Below, in pieces: positions 38,709 through 51,670 of a DNA stretch of 64,000 nucleotides. This DNA comes from the human T2T-CHM13v2.0 reference genome, Homo sapiens. The position numbers were made by a program, and so were the translations under genes. The stretch lies in the NCBI RefSeq assembly GCF_009914755.1, contig NC_060929.1. The stretch is one strand, 5' to 3'. Position 1 is the first letter of the stretch, and the number at the start of each line of letters is the position of its first letter. The notes beneath the pieces are model-generated. The model was not told the DNA's origin, did no database searches, and saw only the letters and a list, made by a program, of their open reading frames with translations.

Positions 38709-39098
38709 GTTTTTTCATTTTTTTTTATTTTACTTTAAGTTCTGGGATACATGTGCTGAACACGAAGGTTTGTTACATAGGTATACAAGTGACATGGTGG
38801 TTTGCTGCACCTATCAACCTGTCATCTAGGTTTTAAGCACCTCATGCATTAGGAATTTGTCCTAATACTCTCCCTCCCCTTTCCCTCCACCCCCAGACAG
38901 GCCCTGGTGTGTGATGTTCCCCTCCCTGTGTCCATAGTTCTCATTGTTCAACTCCCACTTATGAGTGAGAACATGTGGTGTTTGGTTTTCTGTTCCCGTG
39001 TTAGTTTACTGAGAATGATGGTTTCCAGCTTCATCCATGTCCCTCCAAAGGACATGAACTCATGCTTTTTTATGGCTGCATAGTATTCCATGGTGTAA
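38709..39098 (-). mobile_element. L1PA8-like 3' end with 18-bp TSD
   Basis: Antisense L1 3' UTR 'tttaagttctgggatacatgtgc..tctaggttttaagc'; TSD aacacacact(a/g)ttgattc at 38691-38708 and 39099-39116. Confidence 0.95.
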
Positions 39099-39293
39099 AA
39101 CACACACTGTTGATTCTGTGATCTCATTTTCAAGGGACTGATTTTTAGTTAACGCTTATAACTTCTTATAGATAACTTAGCATTATTCTCATTTTTCAAA
39201 GTAAAAAAATCATTGTAAAATAATTTAAAAACAAAGTAGTCACATTCAAGTTTTTAAAAAAATTTTTTCACATGTTAAAAAATGATAGCAAGC

Positions 39294-39636
39294 TGTATTA
39301 GTTTGTTTTCATGCTGCTAATAAGGGCATGCCCGAGACTGGGCAATTTACAAAATAAAGAGGTTTAATGGACTTACAGTTCCATGTGGCTGGGGAGGCCT
39401 CACAATCATGGAGGAAGGTGAAAGGCACATCTCACATGGCAGCAGACAAGAGAAGAGAGCTTGTGAAGGGAAACTCCCTTTTTAAAACCATCAGCTCTCA
39501 TGAGACATATTCACTATTATGAGAACAGCATGGGAAAGATCTGTATCCATGATTCAGTTACCTCCCACTGGGCTCCTCCCACAACACGTGGGAATTAAAG
39601 ATGAGATTTGGGTTGGGACACAGCCAAACCATATCA
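39294..39636 (-). mobile_element. THE1A/B solo LTR (MaLR) with 5-bp TSD
   Basis: 'tgtattagtttgttttcatgctgctaataa..ggacacagccaaaccatatca'; caagc duplicated at 39289-39293 and 39637-39641. Confidence 0.96.
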
Positions 39637-39919
39637 CAAGCTATCTTAGAAAATAGTCTCTATTAAAACCTTTTATGACAAGATCTAAATCTATAAAGCT
39701 CTTAAATGGAGGAATTGGTGGAAGATGAAAGAAATAAATGAATAAAATGCTATGGTTAATAACAAAGTTTGACCAAATAGAGTAATTGAAGGGAAACAGA
39801 AAACATAATTTTGAAAAGCCATTAAAGAAACTTAAACCTGCACAATGGATAATATTTCCCACTAAAGATACTGAATAAGTCATTTGGCTGCAAGTAGGAT
39901 TTGAGCGAGATAATGGAAA

Positions 39920-39966
<47 letters not shown>

Positions 39967-39986
39967 TACAAAGAGAGAGAGAGAGA
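39920..39986. repeat. Compound (TG)n(GA)n microsatellite
   Basis: Directly visible TG run followed by GA runs. Confidence 0.97.
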
Positions 39987-40834
39987 TTGGAAGAGAATAC
40001 CTTAATAAACGTGATAACCTTTGGAAGAACTTTTAATATCTGTTATATCGCAGGATCTAAGAGGGTAGATTTCAAGTGTGGCTACTCCCAATTTTTATAG
40101 GCTACTATTTGGAAAATTGAGTAACACTGAAAGGTTTTACACTAGTGATATTGTATATTTCAGGACATGGGCTCTATTTTCTAAAATAGAGCTACCCAAA
40201 TGCATTTCACCATGGAATCTCTTTAAAAACACAATACATTGATGAAATACTAAAGGAGATGATGAGATATGATCTACTTTTGGATTAAAGTTGCAAGTAC
40301 AATAATGGTATCAGAGATAAATTTATTCTGTGAGTAATGCTCAAAAGCATTTCTATTTTGATAACATCAGATAATGTTACCAATATATGCTGAAATAAAA
40401 TAATTCATATAACAGTGACCAGATCTTACCAAAAAGATTAGAAAGTAAATGCTTCCTAACTCACTAATGCCTAGATTGAATATCATGTATCGTATGCTCC
40501 CTTGTCTGATTATCTGGCATTTGAGGGTTAAGTACAAAATTTTTAAAGGTATATTTTAGCACAATATATATAAATATCATTAGCAATTTTTTACATTTGT
40601 TCCAAAAGAGTATTGTTTTTTATGAAAAGATATATTAGGAAGAATTCAAATAATGCAGCAAAATATATACAGTTAAAAAAATAAGTCCTCAAACTATGCT
40701 ATCCAGAAATGACTATTAACCCTGCATATACTTTATTCAGACATCTCTCCCAGCACATAAACCTGAAATATTAGATAGGTAGGTAGATAGGAATATGTAC
40801 ATGATTATATAAAAATGGGATTATGCTATTTTTA

Positions 40835-42030
40835 TAATTCTTACTAAGGTATAATTTATATACAATAAAATTCACCAACTTTGTACATTTTTATGTGCTT
40901 TGACAAATATTTAGGGTCATGGATCTCCTACTATAGTCATGATATTGATCACTTTTGTCACCCTAAAAAAGTTCCCTCGTGTCCCTTTGCTGTCAGTTCT
41001 ATCCACTGTCCACTCTGTTCTGTTTTCTGCCACTATCGTTTTGCCTTTTATGGATATTCACAAAAAGCAAATCATAGAGCGTGCTGGCTTTGTGTCTGGG
41101 TATTCTACTTAGTCGAATGCATTTAGTAATCATCCATGTTGTTGCACGAATTCCTAGTTCATTCCTTTTCACTGCTGAGCATTGTTTTGTTGTATGGATA
41201 TCTCACACATCCGTACATTCATACAGCAGTTACGGAAAGTTTGCAGGTTTTTCAGTTGTTGCAGTTGTTTTCAGTTTTGGCTTTTTATAAGTAAAGCTGC
41301 ATTTGAGAGGATTTTGAATGGATATATATACATATATACATATGAATAATTCTTTTAGGTAAATACAAAAAAAGTGGTATTTCTGGGATATAAGTTATAG
41401 ATCTATTTAACTTATAGAACACTATCACATTGTTTTTCCAAGAGGCTGTAAAATCTGGCATTCTAACCAGCAATATATGGGAATTCTATTAGCACCACAT
41501 CTTTAATAACATACTTAAATTTTCATTATTCTGGTGAACATATGGTAGTTTCTCACTATGGTTTTAATTTACATTTCTATAATGACTACTAATTTTGAGC
41601 CTCTTTCTATGTGCTTATCTGACGTTTGTATAATTCTTCGGATGTGGCCATTTTGTTGTTGGGTTATAATTAGTTTTCTAGGGCTACCCTAAAAGTATCA
41701 CACGTGGCCGGGCGCGGTGGCTCACGCCTGTAATCCCAGCACCTTGGGAGACCAGCCTGGGCAACAAAGTGAGAATCGGTCACTAAAAACAAAGTTATTA
41801 ACTAGATGTAGGTTTTACAAATATTTTCATCTCGTTTGTGGCCTGCACGTTGATCTGCCTTAACATTATATTTTGAAGAGCATATGATTTTAATTTTGAT
41901 GAAGTTTTATCAATTATTTTATCATTTCTGAATTTTGAGTCCTACCTAAGAAATATTAATATTTGCTAAAACAAGAACACAGAGGGTTTTTTTTACATGG
42001 TCTTCCAGAGGTTTTATATTTTCAACTCTC
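40835..42030 (-). mobile_element. Old L1 (L1ME1/MD-like) 3' region
   Basis: 'aggtataatttatatacaataaaattcacc..ccctaaaaaagttccctcgtgtccctttgc..gttttaatttacatttctataatgact'. Confidence 0.85.
41706..41794 (+). mobile_element. Internally deleted Alu left monomer (FLAM/AluJ-like)
   Basis: 'ggccgggcgcggtggctcacgcctgtaatcccagcaccttgggag|accagcctgggcaacaaagtgaga..ctaaaaac'. Confidence 0.9.
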
Positions 42031-42969
42031 ACATTAATAAATGTGTAATACATTTGGATGTGTATACTGACTTTTCTGAACTAATTCTGTGAATTGGTTC
42101 AAAATTGTGTGCGTCATCATGGAAAATCCTCCAGGAGAGAGACCCTGTCCCCACAGGGCATATACATGTTGAGGGGTGTTTTGGGGAAATGCAGTGCGGA
42201 GGACATCTACATAACAATAAGAGTGGAGTTTCCTGTGTAAGTAACGTGGCCCCGTTAGGAGGGCACACGTCCCTAGTTCAATGTTTGTTGGGTTATCATT
42301 CTTTTCTCTTAACTTAACTCAAACTGCTAAGAGACCCCTTTGCTTAGCTACTGAAAGAATATGGCAATTTACAGCAATTAACAGAACTGACCTAGTCTCT
42401 ACTCTTTTTTGGTAATGTTCCACACATACAGTTCATTATTTCATTTTCACAGTAAAAGGAATAGAGTAAGCAAGGCCAAAATCTCGTGGAGTTAGACTTC
42501 TGCTGTTTATTATTTGACAAATTTCCTCTTTTATCCTCACTTCCTTAATTTTACCTCTTAGTTTCTTTTCACATGAAACATTTGTTCCAAATGAAATCAT
42601 CTCAGTTAGAGAAGTGATAAGCAAGTGGGAAATGGAACTCTATTTCAGTGGCTCCAGAGGCCAGCTCTCTGAGTTTGCAGTCACTTTGAGAGCACAACCT
42701 CATACAGGCAAATAGAACATTTATGTTTAGGAGATCCCAACAAAGCAAGCAAAGTGTTGCAAGAAAGAATTTTCTAGCTCTGCATTCCCTGAAAGCTTCC
42801 AGTAAGTGGAAAAATTGTTTCTCAACAGATGGCATTCAAAAATTTTTCCTATGAAATCTGTGTGATCAAGGATTAGGGAAATGTTGCAAGGTTCTGTTTC
42901 TCTATATTTGGATCCTAAATACTGAATAATGGTTTTGTTTGTTTGTTGTTGCTCTACTTGTTTTAATTA

Positions 42970-44520
42970 GTCCATATTTTTGACTGAAGTATTTTAAAGC
43001 AAATTTCATTCATCATGTCATTTCTACCCTTTGTTCTTTAGCATGCATCTCTAAATTTAGGGACATTTTCTCATGTAACTGCAGTTTATGTTACATCTTT
43101 CAAGACAAATTAAGAAATGTTTCATATTAAAATTTCACTAATTGTCTTAAAATGTCTTCAACTGGTTTGTTCTAATTGAGATTCAAACAAGGTTCTTATG
43201 ACTCTTGGATCTCCATAATCTATAATGGGATTTTCTCTTAATATTTTTATATTAGGTTTTGAAGAAATCAGGTCAATAATTTTGTAGCTTTCTATTCTAG
43301 GCATTTAATATGCACTGGATATTAGTACTAAAGGCTTGATTGAATTCAGGTTTCATGTTGGACAAGAATATCATATTTCATTGGCGGTTCTCTGTTCTTC
43401 ATAACATATAGTATTAGGAGGACAATATGTCTGGTTATCATATTCATAGGACATACTGACGATACAGCTATACAGACTATTTGTATACTTGTATTCTCCC
43501 CACTTTCTGCCTCTTGTTCTTATCACTTAATGATATATTCTGGAGAGCAATTACATAGAAACCATCCATATTTCCTTGTATGATTACATAGTATCCCACT
43601 GTAAGAACATAGCATGATTTACTTAAACAATATCCTCTTAAAAGATGTTGAGGTTATTTCCTGTATTTTGCTGCTGCAAATAATACTGCAATTAACAACC
43701 TAGTTCCTTAGTAATTTTTCTGGTATATTTTTGAGATATGGTCATATAAGTGAGTTTTGTATTAAAGAATAAACCCATATGCAAATTTGCTAGATTTTGC
43801 CAGATTTACAGAGGGGTGGTAATGTTTTGCATTTTGACCAGAAATTCACGAGAGTGTGTGTCACTCTGTAGTCTCACTAGCCAAGTATATTGTCAAATTC
43901 TTGGATATCTGCTAATCTAATAGGTGAGAAATGGTATTCCAATAAAGTTTGAATTTATTTTTGCTTATTATATGTCAGGTTGAAAACATTGTCATATGTT
44001 TAATAGCCATTTTTATTTTGTCTCCTATGAATTGCCTGTTCAAAATGTTTGCACAATTTTTTACTGGTTTCTTGGCTTTCCTCTTCACAGTCTCTAGGAG
44101 CTCATGGTGTATTAAAGACATTAGCCCTTTGTGACATATGTTGCAAATATTTTTATCTGCTTGGTATTTGCTTTTTACTTCACTGGTTTCCTTTGCCATA
44201 CAAAAACTATTTTTAAAATAGATGTAGAATGTATTAATCTTTCCTTTTGCCTCTAAATTTTATATATTCTAGTGAGAAATATATTCACTCCAGATTATAA
44301 ATATATGCACTCAAATGTTGCTGTAGTTTTTACGGTTTAACCTTTATTTTTTATATCTTGGTCCATTCGTAATTTAAGATGTAAGACATGAGGCACTCAG
44401 GCAGTTTCATCTCTTTCCAAACAGCTATGCAGTGTTCCACCATCACTCATTTAAAAGCCCATCTTCTTCCTGCTGACTGGAGATATAGCTTTTTGTCATA
44501 TGTGAAATTTTTATAAATAA
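42970..44520 (-). mobile_element. L1MC4/5-like 3' region
   Basis: 'ctgaagtattttaaagcaaatttca..catcatgtcattt..gcatgcatctctaaa..ggacattttctcatgtaac' and antisense ORF2 ('gtattaaagacattagccctttgt..gttgcaaatattttt'). Confidence 0.75.
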
Positions 44521-44732
44521 GTCCTTCCTTCCTTCTCTCTCTCTCTCTTTCCCTTTCTTTCTTGCCTTTCTTCTTCCTTCCCTTCCTTCCTTTTTCTTTC
44601 TCTTTTTTCTTTTGCTTCTTTCTTTCTTTCTCCTTCCTTCCTTTCTTCCTCCTCTTCATCTTTTCTTTTCCTCCTCTCTTCTTTCTTTTCTTTCTTTCTT
44701 TCTTCTCTCTCTCTCTCTGCTTCCTTCCTTCC
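44521..44732. repeat. Polypyrimidine low-complexity tract (TTCC/TTTC/TC)n
   Basis: About 210 bp composed almost entirely of C/T. Confidence 0.95.
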
Positions 44733-45981
44733 AAAACTGAGTACCTCTTTTGATATTTAGGATATTTTTATTGTTCTAGCATTCCCTTTATGCTATCACA
44801 CTTATATAGTACCTTAGTTTGCTCTATTATTTCTAACTAAAGCTGACAAGTGTAAAGATTACCAAAGCATCAGCCATAGAGCATTTCTTTAAAGCTGTGA
44901 CAATTTTTAAGCAATCAAAAGATTTTCCGAACAGAAGCCCGTATTGGAAATGTTTATTAACAGTTTTAGAAGGTAATCACTGAGGAGTTATAATTTTTAC
45001 CTTTTGCTTTTATAATGAATTTTATGTTTGTAAGTTGTAATTAATCGCATTAAAATTATATTATTCACTTTTTTATATTTAACTACATAAAAAGCTTTCT
45101 TAGAAAAAGGATAACAATCTGATTTCACATATCCCTTCACAGGTCAAAAACGTTTCTGTCTCTGCATGTGATTGTGTGTAGCACATATAATCAGATTTAT
45201 TCCTTCATACAGAATGTCATACTTTCCTAACAGATTTTTATACAACAAATTTTTGTATGTGGAAAAGCATTGCTTTCTATTGACTGTCTGGAACCTTCAC
45301 TGTAAAACAAAATTGTGTCATCTTAATGTAATTAAATTATAATTGAGGGCAAAATAATTCTAATTTCACAATCCTTTTATGGTGAATCTAATTAATGGCA
45401 TTTAAAGGTCCTTAGGCTTGTATTATGTTTTTATTATCACAGTACTCCCACAGAGCAATAGTAAGCCCCAAAGCCTTTGAAATATGATGGAGATTTTCAC
45501 TGACCTCAAACTGCCTTAACACTTGTAATTTCATATCCCAGGTAATTGCTTTAATGCTCTCTGCTAGTACTTTTGATACCATTTACACACTGTGGCCTCT
45601 TCCACATATGTTTGTCCAATGACACTCACTAAATCATACAGTCACAGTGCCTTGAGAAGAAGAGAAGACAGTAAAGCTGAGGATTAAAATGAAAGCCAGC
45701 TTAAGACTGATGAGAGAAGGCACAGCTTTGTGTCCTGGGCACCAAGATCTTGACTGAAGAGCTACTTGGTCGTAGTGGCAGAGGTCTGGAGAAGAAAGCC
45801 TGGGTACCACAAAGTCAGAAGGTTTCAAAAGCTACATTTATTTTCTCCTCTGCCATACCATACAATGGTAGGCCTCATGAGAACAGCTCTGGAAGACCAG
45901 CCCTATTTTGCCTGTTAGTTGCAGTCCTGACCAGACATCAGAAGAGATCCAAGAGTAGCTGCATTTAAAATTAAAAGTAGT

Positions 45982-46437
45982 TTATTTGCAGAAACATGGA
46001 TGGAACTAGAGGTCATTTTTAGTAAATAAGCCAAGCAAAGGACGACAAACATTGCACGTTCTCACTCATATGTGGGAACTAAGAATGTTGATCTCATGAA
46101 AGTAGAGAGTAGAATGATAGTTACTTGAGACTGAGAATTTACCACCACTGGGAAGTTGTGGGGAGAGAATGAAGAGAGGCTGGCTAATGGGTACAGATAT
46201 ACAGTTAGATAGAAGAAGTAAGTTCTAGTGTTTGATAGCATAATAAGGTGACTATAGTTAACAATAATTTATTGTATATTTCAAGATAGATAGCTAGAAA
46301 AGAAAATTTGAAACATTCCCAACCAAACATGATAAACTTTTGAGGTGATGGATATTCTAAATATCTTGATTTGATCATTACACATTGTATGCATGTATCA
46401 AAATATCACATGTACCTCATAAATATGTATAATTATT
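45982..46437 (+). mobile_element. L1MA4/5-like 3' UTR
   Basis: 'acatggatggaactagaggtcatt..gttgatctcatgaaagtagagagtagaatg..acagttagatagaag..tgatttgatcattacacattgtatgcatgtatcaaaatatcacatgtacc'. Confidence 0.9.
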
Positions 46438-46642
46438 GGCCAGGTGCAGTGGCTCTCACCTATAATCCCAGCACTTTGGGAGGCCAAGGCAGATGGATCA
46501 CCTGAGGTCAGGAGTTTGGGGTCAGTTGGGACAACATGGTGAAACCCCATCTCTACTAAAAATACAAAATTAGCCAGGCATGGTGGCACATTCCTGTAAT
46601 CCCGTCTACTTGGGAGGCTGAGGCAGGATAATCACTTGAACC
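46438..46642 (+). mobile_element. AluS, 3'-truncated (no poly-A tail)
   Basis: Left monomer, linker and part of the right arm, ending abruptly at 'aatcacttgaacc'. Confidence 0.95.
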
Positions 46643-47405
46643 ACTTCACTGATCATTAGAGAAATGCAAATCAAAACCACAGTGAGATACCATCTCACAA
46701 CAGTCAGAATGACTATTAAAAAGTCAAAAAAATAACAGATGTTGGTAAGGTTGCAGAGAAAAGGGAACACTTATACACTGTCGGGGCGAGTGTAAATTAG
46801 TTCAGTCATTGTGGAAAGCAGTATGGTGATTCCTCCAAGAGCTAAAAACAGAACTACCATTCATCTCAGCAATCCCATTACTGGGTATATACCCAGAGGA
46901 ATATAAATCATTCTATCATAAAGTCACATGCATGCAAATGTTCACTGCAGCACTAGTCACAATAGCAAAGATATGGAATCAACCTAAATGCCCATCAATG
47001 ACAGATTGGATAAAGTAAATGTGGTACATATACACCATGGAAGACTATACAGCCATAAAAACGAATGAGATAATGTATTTTGAGGGAACATGGATGGAGC
47101 TGGAGGCTATTATCCTTAGCAGAATAATGCAGGAACAGAAATCCAAATACCATATGTTCTCACATATAAGTGGGAGCAAAGTAATGAGAACTCATGAACA
47201 CAAAGAAGGAAACAACTGACACTGAGGTCTACTTCAGGGTATAGGGTGAGAGGAAGGAAAGGAGCAGAAATGATAACTATTGGATACCAAACTAAATACC
47301 TGGGTGATGAAATAATCTGTTCAGTGAACCCAAGTGACATGAGTTTACCTATGTAACAAAGCTTCACATGTCCCCGAGCCTAAACGTTAAAAAGAACAAC
47401 AAAAA
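46643..47405 (+). mobile_element. L1PA12/13-like 3' end
   Basis: 'cactgatcattagagaaatgcaaatcaaaaccac..gaacacaaagaaggaaacaac..ggagcagaaatgataactattgg..gtttacctatgtaacaaagcttcacatg'. Confidence 0.92.
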
Positions 47406-48774
47406 GCTTTCAGTGACCAAGTATATATGAGAAACATAACATGTCCTGGACCCATTGTAGAGTAACAATGTACATTTCATTATGAAGACCTATGCTAAAG
47501 AAATCAGGGTAGCCAATTAAACCTATGGACTAATTTTAAATATAAAATTTAAAAGAGATGTCTTTTCTCTCCTTTATTATACTTTTTATCCTCCTGTGGA
47601 GCTAATATTACGCAGAGCTGGTTGGAAGATTTTCCAGATTTATACTCTACTAAAGTTTGTAGCTGCATCATGTCCCTTTGGAGGTGTAGGTGGGTGTAAA
47701 TCAAATCTATAAACCTTTGCAGTTAGTCTTTTGAGTGCCTCAAAAAGTGTTTCTGCAAATATCAACTTAATAAACAAACAGCAGCATCTGAGTTTTCATT
47801 ACGATCAAGTCCATAAAGTAAGTCTGTAGCCACTAACTAAGCTGCACATATGGTTAATTAGAAGTATCATAAAGCTTTATTGAAAAGCATAATATTTACA
47901 TCAAAGTTAACATTTGAGTTATGCTGGATTTGGGCTACTGTGAAGGCTAAGATTTAACGGTGAGAATTAGCATGTAGTGGAGATTATTACAAGATTTTCA
48001 CTCAAATTATTAATATCCAGAAAATGCTTGCAACAACCAGAAAAGGGAATAAGATGATGGTATTACTCTAACTTTTAAAAATTGATATGCTATTTTTTGA
48101 CACTGAGAACCCTATGCATTACTTACATTGGTGTCTGCATACGCATGTTTATATGTGTGTATGAGTGGGTGTGAAGTCACTCAGTACTTCAAGTCCCAAT
48201 GTTTTCACTGGGCATGCTCCTAACTTGTCATAATGTTGTGGATAATAAACACTGGTTGGAAGATTTAACTACCACGTACTTTTGAGGTTATTTTCTAAAA
48301 TGTAAAGTTGAAATCATGTTGGCTATTGTTATTTGCTCCTTGGGAAGTACATATAGTCTCATTTAAATATGGTATTTCCTTTTGCTGCCTTTTTGGACAC
48401 CACTGACAATTGTTAAAGATACTTAAGTCAGCTTTTGTCTTTCAAAAAATCTGTTACTATCTTGGGAATAAGGTTTGTCTTTTTTCTTTTTTTTTTGAAA
48501 GACAAAACTTAAGTCGGTTTTGTCTTCCAATAAAATTTGTTAACATCTTTGGAATAAAGTTTGTCTTTTGTTTTGTTTTGCTTTGTTTTAAATTTTCTCC
48601 CCAGTGCAGCATTGATTACAAAGAAGGAATTCCATAAGTTCTATGACTTCTTGAAGGTCCCAGGGCTAATGGGTCTCTCCTAAACATAATAGAATTTGCA
48701 GAAATATACAGGCAACAAGGCAACAGCTAGAAGATTGAACATTTTACTTTTCATTCATTTGATAGATACGCTAA

Positions 48775-51510
48775 GATTTTTATTGAAATGTAACATAGAT
48801 AAGTACATGAATACCACAATAAAACTTCGCTAATTTTCACAAAGTGAACATACTAGGTGACCAAGACCCAAAACTTGAATATTATCAGCACGAATCCCTC
48901 CATGTCACTATCAGTCACTATCTCCACCAAGTAAACCATTATCATGACTTCTAACAGCATATCATTGCGTCACAGAATTATATAGTATATTCTCTTCTGG
49001 GAGGATTTGGCTTCTTCATCTAAATACTGGTTTTTTTTGAGATTTATCCACAGTATGTGTACCAATGGCTTATTTTCAATGCTGTGTAACACCATTCCAT
49101 TGTAATTTGTTTATCCATTCTTCTATTCATGAACATTTGGATTGTTTACACTTTTTGGCTTTTACAAACAGTCCTGCTGTAAACATTCTTGTGCATTTTG
49201 GGGAGCATTCACTTTGAAGTAGAACTACTGGGTCTCAGGGTATGAAAAAGACTGGGTAAAGTAGATACTGTGAAATTCTTTTCTGGAGTGATTTTATCAA
49301 TTTACTCACCAGCTTTGTAGGAGAATTCAAACTGCCCCACATGGTCACCAACACTTGATAATGTCACTTGAACAGTTTTTAGCCAGTATGTTTTGTCAGT
49401 TCAATTATTGTAATTTTTGAAATGTAATTCTCAATCAATTTTAATGAAGTACAATTTAGACACAATAAAATGCATGCATTTTAAGTGATGTTGATAACAA
49501 ATTTATACATCTGTGTGATCATCATATCAATACAAACAGGGAACATATCTATCACTCTCGAAAATTCCTTTGTGCCCCTTTTTAGTCAATGCCCTCAACA
49601 CTCACTGCAGGAAGCCATGACTTGATTTATGTCAATGTAGAATAGCGTTGCTTAATGTTAGACTTTACATAAATTTAATCATACAGTATGTACTCTTTCG
49701 TATCTACTTCTTTTATTAGAAATAAAGTTTTTAGTTAATCTATGTTTTTATGCATATCAGTAATTCACTTCTTCATATAGCTGAGTAGTTTTCCATTATA
49801 TAGATACATACTGCAAGTTGTTTATCATCCACTCACCTATTGATGAACTTTAAAGTTGTTTCAAATTTTTTTGTGTTAACAATAATGCTGTTATGAACAT
49901 TCACATGCAAGTCTTTGTGTGGTTATCTTCATTAAGTGTATCATATGACAAGGGTATATTTAATTTTACAAGAAAATTCTAGCCTCTTTTCCAAAGTGAT
50001 TATACAAAGTGATTATAACATTTTAGACACTCAACAGCAATATATGAGTCATAAGTACTCCACACTCCTGCTAACGTTTGATATTGACAATTTTTTAATG
50101 TTAGCCATTCCAATTGTGCAAATTTGTGTTTTGTTATGGTTTTAATTTGCATTTCTTCATGAGTAATTATGCTGAACATTTTCAAAGTGACTTTAAACAT
50201 TCTACTGGTGATTTGTTAATCTTCTCTTGTGAGATGTTCTTTTCAACCTTTGGCCCTCTTTTTATTGGGTTGTTTGCCTTTATATTATTGACTTGTAAGA
50301 ACTCTTCATATCGTCTGCATAGAAGTCCTTGTTGGATACATGCACATGTAACTATATCTTCCCAGGTTGTAAATGGCCTTTGGGTTTTCTTTAGCAGGCT
50401 TTTGAACAAACAGAGGATTTTAATTTTGAGGAAGTTCAATTTAAATTTTCTTTTTTGCTTAGTGCTTTTTCTTACCCCCCCGCCCAAAAAAAAATCTTTG
50501 CATACTCCAATCTATGAAGATTTTCCCCTGCATTTTCCTCTAGAATGTTACAGTTTTACCTTTTATTTTTAGGTAATAGAAATAAATAATCTATTCACCA
50601 ATGACCTATTTCAAATTAATATTTATGTAGAGTATGAGATAGGGGTACATGTTTTATTTTTTTTTTTCATATGGCTATACAGACATTCCAGCATCATTTA
50701 TGGAAAAGACTCATTTTATCTCATTAACTTATTGGTGCTTGGTTAAAATTTAATGAACCATACATACATGGCTTTACTTCTGGATTCTATTCTGCTCCAC
50801 TGACACTCTATGTCTTTGTACCAATAATATTTATCAAGATTACTTTAACTTTAGCTTTATAGAGATCTTCAAATTAGAAAATGTGATTGTTTTAACTTTA
50901 TTCACTTTCAAAACATTGTTGGCTCTTCTATGTCCTATGCTTTTACAAATTCTACAAATATGTCTGCTTACATTTTGATTGGGACTGTGTTAAATCTACA
51001 TAGACTTTTTGTGGGAGAATGAATTAGTTAACAATGTTGAATCTTCTAATAAACTCTTGAACAAAGTAAATCTCAGCATTTATTTATGTCTCATGTAAGT
51101 TCTCTGAGAAATGTTTCCAGTTTTCAGTATAAAAATTCTGCATATTTTTGTTAAGTTTGTTCCAAAATATTTTGGACTTTAGTGCTACTAGACATGATAT
51201 TTCTTTTTGAGTTTCAATTTTATTTCATAACTTCATCCCCATTATTTCTTGCTAGTAAATGTAAGTACTATTGATCATTATATATTAGTGTTTGTTCTGT
51301 GATTTTCACTAAATTTACTTATTTTTTCTAGTAGGGCTTTTTGGTAATTTTTAAGGATTTTCTCTGCACATTTTCATATCATTTCTGAATAGAGACTGCT
51401 TTATTTCTTCTTTTCTAAGTTTCTAACTTTTATTATTTTTTTTCTTTTTTTTACTATACTTTCTAGGACCTCCAGTACAATTTTCAGGAGAAGTGGCAAG
51501 AATGGACATC
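48775..51510 (-). mobile_element. Two old L1ME-type elements in tandem (3' ends at ~48775 and ~49435)
   Basis: 'tttttattgaaatgtaacata..aattttcacaaagtgaaca' and 'aagtacaatttagacacaataaaatgca..'; antisense ORF2 runs to 'ctaggacctccagtacaa..aagaatggacatcc'. Confidence 0.85.
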
Positions 51511-51670
51511 CACCTCCCACCATGTGATGACATGGTAAGAAGGCCCTTGCCAGATGCTGGCACATTGATACCAAACTTCCCAACCTCCAGAACTGTGAGC
51601 CAATATATTTCTAGTCATTATAAATTACCTAGTCTGCAGTTTTGTTATAGCAGCACAGAACAAAGAAATA
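51511..51670 (+). mobile_element. MST-family MaLR LTR, 3' half
   Basis: 'ccaccatgtgatgaca..aagaaggcccttgccagatgctggc..acttcccaacctccagaactgtgagc..tataaattacc..ttgttatagcagcacagaac'. Confidence 0.85.

Noticed and set aside
42100-42320. Slightly CpG-richer unique patch with short ORFs on both strands
   Set aside because: Too short for a CpG island, with no recognisable motif cluster, repeat or protein.
44447-44753. Lys/Arg/Glu-rich and Phe-rich ORFs
   Set aside because: Artefacts of translating the polypyrimidine low-complexity tract.
50114-50572. Longest ORF in the window (152 aa)
   Set aside because: Antisense reading of a decayed L1 ORF2; the opposite-strand ORFs show L1 ORF2 remnants.
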